Assembly (NCBI GenBank): GCA_950097015.1
Contig: CATNEN010000039.1
Coordinates: 15,872,001 to 15,936,000, forward strand
Reading direction: 5' to 3'
DNA from: Macrostomum hystrix
Lineage: Eukaryota > Animalia > Platyhelminthes
DNA: 64,000 bases
Shown piece by piece: positions 63,301 to 64,000 of the stretch. The notes under the pieces were generated by a model. That model searched no databases. It saw only the letters and a list, made by a program, of their open reading frames with translations, and had not been told where the DNA came from. Within the stretch, counting starts at the first letter, position 1, and the number at the start of each line of letters is the position of its first letter. Position numbers and translations under genes: made by a program.

Positions 63301-63951
63301 TAAATATAATATATATATATAACATGTATGTATATATAAAATGTAATATATATAACATATTTAATTTTATATATTGTAATACTATATAGTATACAACTAC
63401 ATAATATAACTTTAATATTACAACTTTTTTATCAATTCAAGTAATATTTCTATATTTTATTCGCATTTTATAAATATAAATATATATGATCAGTTATAGA
63501 AACTTTCATTTTCGAAACTAGAATATTAGAACTATACATTTTAAAAAATAGAAACTAGTCTATCTAAACATTACCACAACTATAAGAACTAAAAAAGTGG
63601 AACGAAAAATTAGCAAAAAAACTAAAGCAAACTTGAATAGATTATAGTTAACTAAACTAAATTAACCAACGAAACTAGAAATTAATGGAACGTTTTAATT
63701 TATCGGTAATTAAAATTGATGTTAATTTAAAGTTAATTGAAGCGCTATACTAATTCAAGGCTTTTAAGTATACAGTGGACTTCACAACTAATATGCGACT
63801 TCTAGCCTGCAGTCGGATAAATTTTTATTAAATTTTCAATTTACAGCTACGATCAAGTGGATGTCACCAGGCAGATGCTCCAGGTGCGCTTCTTTCAGTA
63901 TTACTCAGTGCTCAAACGAGCCGCTCTCGCTGAGAACGTCACAGCCGTTGA
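54374..63951 (+). CDS. NAGLU: Alpha-N-acetylglucosaminidase (GH89), partial; continues beyond the right edge
   Basis: Phase-consistent exons 54374-54595, 55587-55996, 56584-56745, 59449-59514, 59592-59655, 60600-60673, 60828-60902, 61064-61148, 61546-61917, 62701-62861, 63847-63951. Signal peptide; motifs [65 protein letters not shown]. Both catalytic Glu motifs are present. Confidence 0.95.
54765..55521 (+). repeat. 20-bp minisatellite (gatgggagaga[a/c]tagatcca)n in NAGLU intron 1
   Basis: Tandem array seen directly, interrupted at ~54883-54928. Confidence 0.95.
56137..56407 (+). mobile_element. SINE-like family B, longest copy, with (TTA)n tail, in NAGLU intron 2
   Basis: Shares sequence with copies at 785, 4325 and 18022; ends in attattattatt; followed by a family A fragment (56425-56462). 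Confidence 0.7.
56853..57008 (-). mobile_element. Internally deleted family A SINE
   Basis: gctgttcagtccatgga, ccaccttcaattatcccagct and agttaagtgtctt...aaagga.caca are collinear with 13762-13890. Confidence 0.65.
57463..57500 (+). promoter_or_regulatory. TATA box and initiator-like site of the nested repeat-protein gene
   Basis: TATAAA at 57463-57468; gcagtc ~34 bp downstream; ATG at 57569. Confidence 0.6.
57569..58900 (+). CDS. Secreted Ser/Trp/Tyr/Pro-rich hexapeptide-repeat protein, nested in NAGLU intron 3
   Basis: ATG plus signal-peptide-like [19 protein letters not shown]; a unique N-terminal segment; about 62 repeats of [18 protein letters not shown]; a unique C-terminus ending RYYY*. 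Unit variants are mostly synonymous (tat/tac, ccg/cca/cct/ccc, tcc/tcg). TATA upstream and AATAAA downstream. Confidence 0.85.
   Translation: MKATALCLLWLATAASVQCQYTSYVSALPSANCYPSHNSGSYPSYSRMITWTTHYPTSSWYPTSSWYPTSSWYPTSSWYPTSSWYPTSSWYPTSSWYPTSSWYPTSSWYPTSSWYPSHSWRPSSSWYPTSSWYPSHSWRPSSSWYPTSSWYPSHSWRPSSSWYPTSSWYPSHSWRPSSSWYPTSSWYPTSSWYPTSSWYPSHSWRPSSSWYPTSSWYPSHSWHPTSSWYPSHSWRPSSSWYPTSSWYPTSSWYPSHSWRPSSSWYPTSSWYPSHSWRPSSSWYPTSSWYPSHSWRPSSSWYPTSSWYPTSSWYPSHSWRPSSSWYPTSSWYPSHSWRPSSSWYPTSSWYPSHSWRPSSSWYPTSSWYPTSSWYPSHSWRPSSSWYPTSSWYPSHSWRPSSSWYPTSSWYPSHSWRPSSSWYPSHSWSGYARSSSYRPSSRYYY
58972..58977 (+). terminator. Polyadenylation signal of the nested gene
   Basis: AATAAA 72 bp after the stop codon. 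Confidence 0.6.
59765..60508 (+). repeat. 18-bp minisatellite homologous to the nested-gene repeat, non-coding, in NAGLU intron 5
   Basis: Units agctcc[t/a]ggtacccatct read [12 protein letters not shown]; the array includes tggcatccgacaagctcctggtac (WHPTSSWY) and in-frame TGA/TAG at Trp positions. Confidence 0.9.
61298..61445 (+). repeat. 16-bp minisatellite (gattggggataatgaa)n, intronic
   Basis: Tandem array seen directly. Confidence 0.93.
61935..62610 (+). repeat. Compound minisatellite: 20-bp (ttgattgcattgctgtgctg)n changing to 24-bp (gatggttgcagctgctgctgtgct)n, intronic
   Basis: Tandem arrays between NAGLU exons 9 and 10. Confidence 0.93.
63195..63490. repeat. AT-rich low-complexity tract
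   Basis: Nearly pure A/T with (TA)n runs. Confidence 0.85.
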
Positions 63952-64000
63952 GTGAGCAGTCATCATTTTTCCATTAATACGTGTTTTTTCGAGTAGGATT

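Overview
Eukaryotic (animal) genomic DNA with short GT-AG introns. About 28 kb (roughly 44%, my estimate) is tandem arrays with 16-32 bp units. The style resembles the flatworm Macrostomum lignano (inference, not verified). Genes I could reconstruct by hand: an LRRC71-like gene (- strand, runs off the left edge); an R7-family RGS (DEP-DHEX-GGL-RGS) whose tail has eight V[T/A]PWE motifs; two tandem RING/coiled-coil paralogs, one broken by a 7-bp deletion and a stop; a hunchback orthologue (-); an ataxin-7-like gene; and an alpha-N-acetylglucosaminidase (NAGLU, GH89; 11 exons visible, runs off the right edge). The most striking feature is an intronless gene nested on the same strand in NAGLU intron 3, with its own TATA box and polyA signal. 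It encodes a 443-aa secreted protein made almost entirely of [18 protein letters not shown] hexapeptides, with no acidic residues. A stop-containing, non-coding copy of the same 18-bp repeat lies two introns downstream. Two SINE-like families, a TIR MITE family and a 121-bp hAT MITE with an 8-bp TSD are also present. The very long ORFs at 30-44 kb are satellite artefacts.
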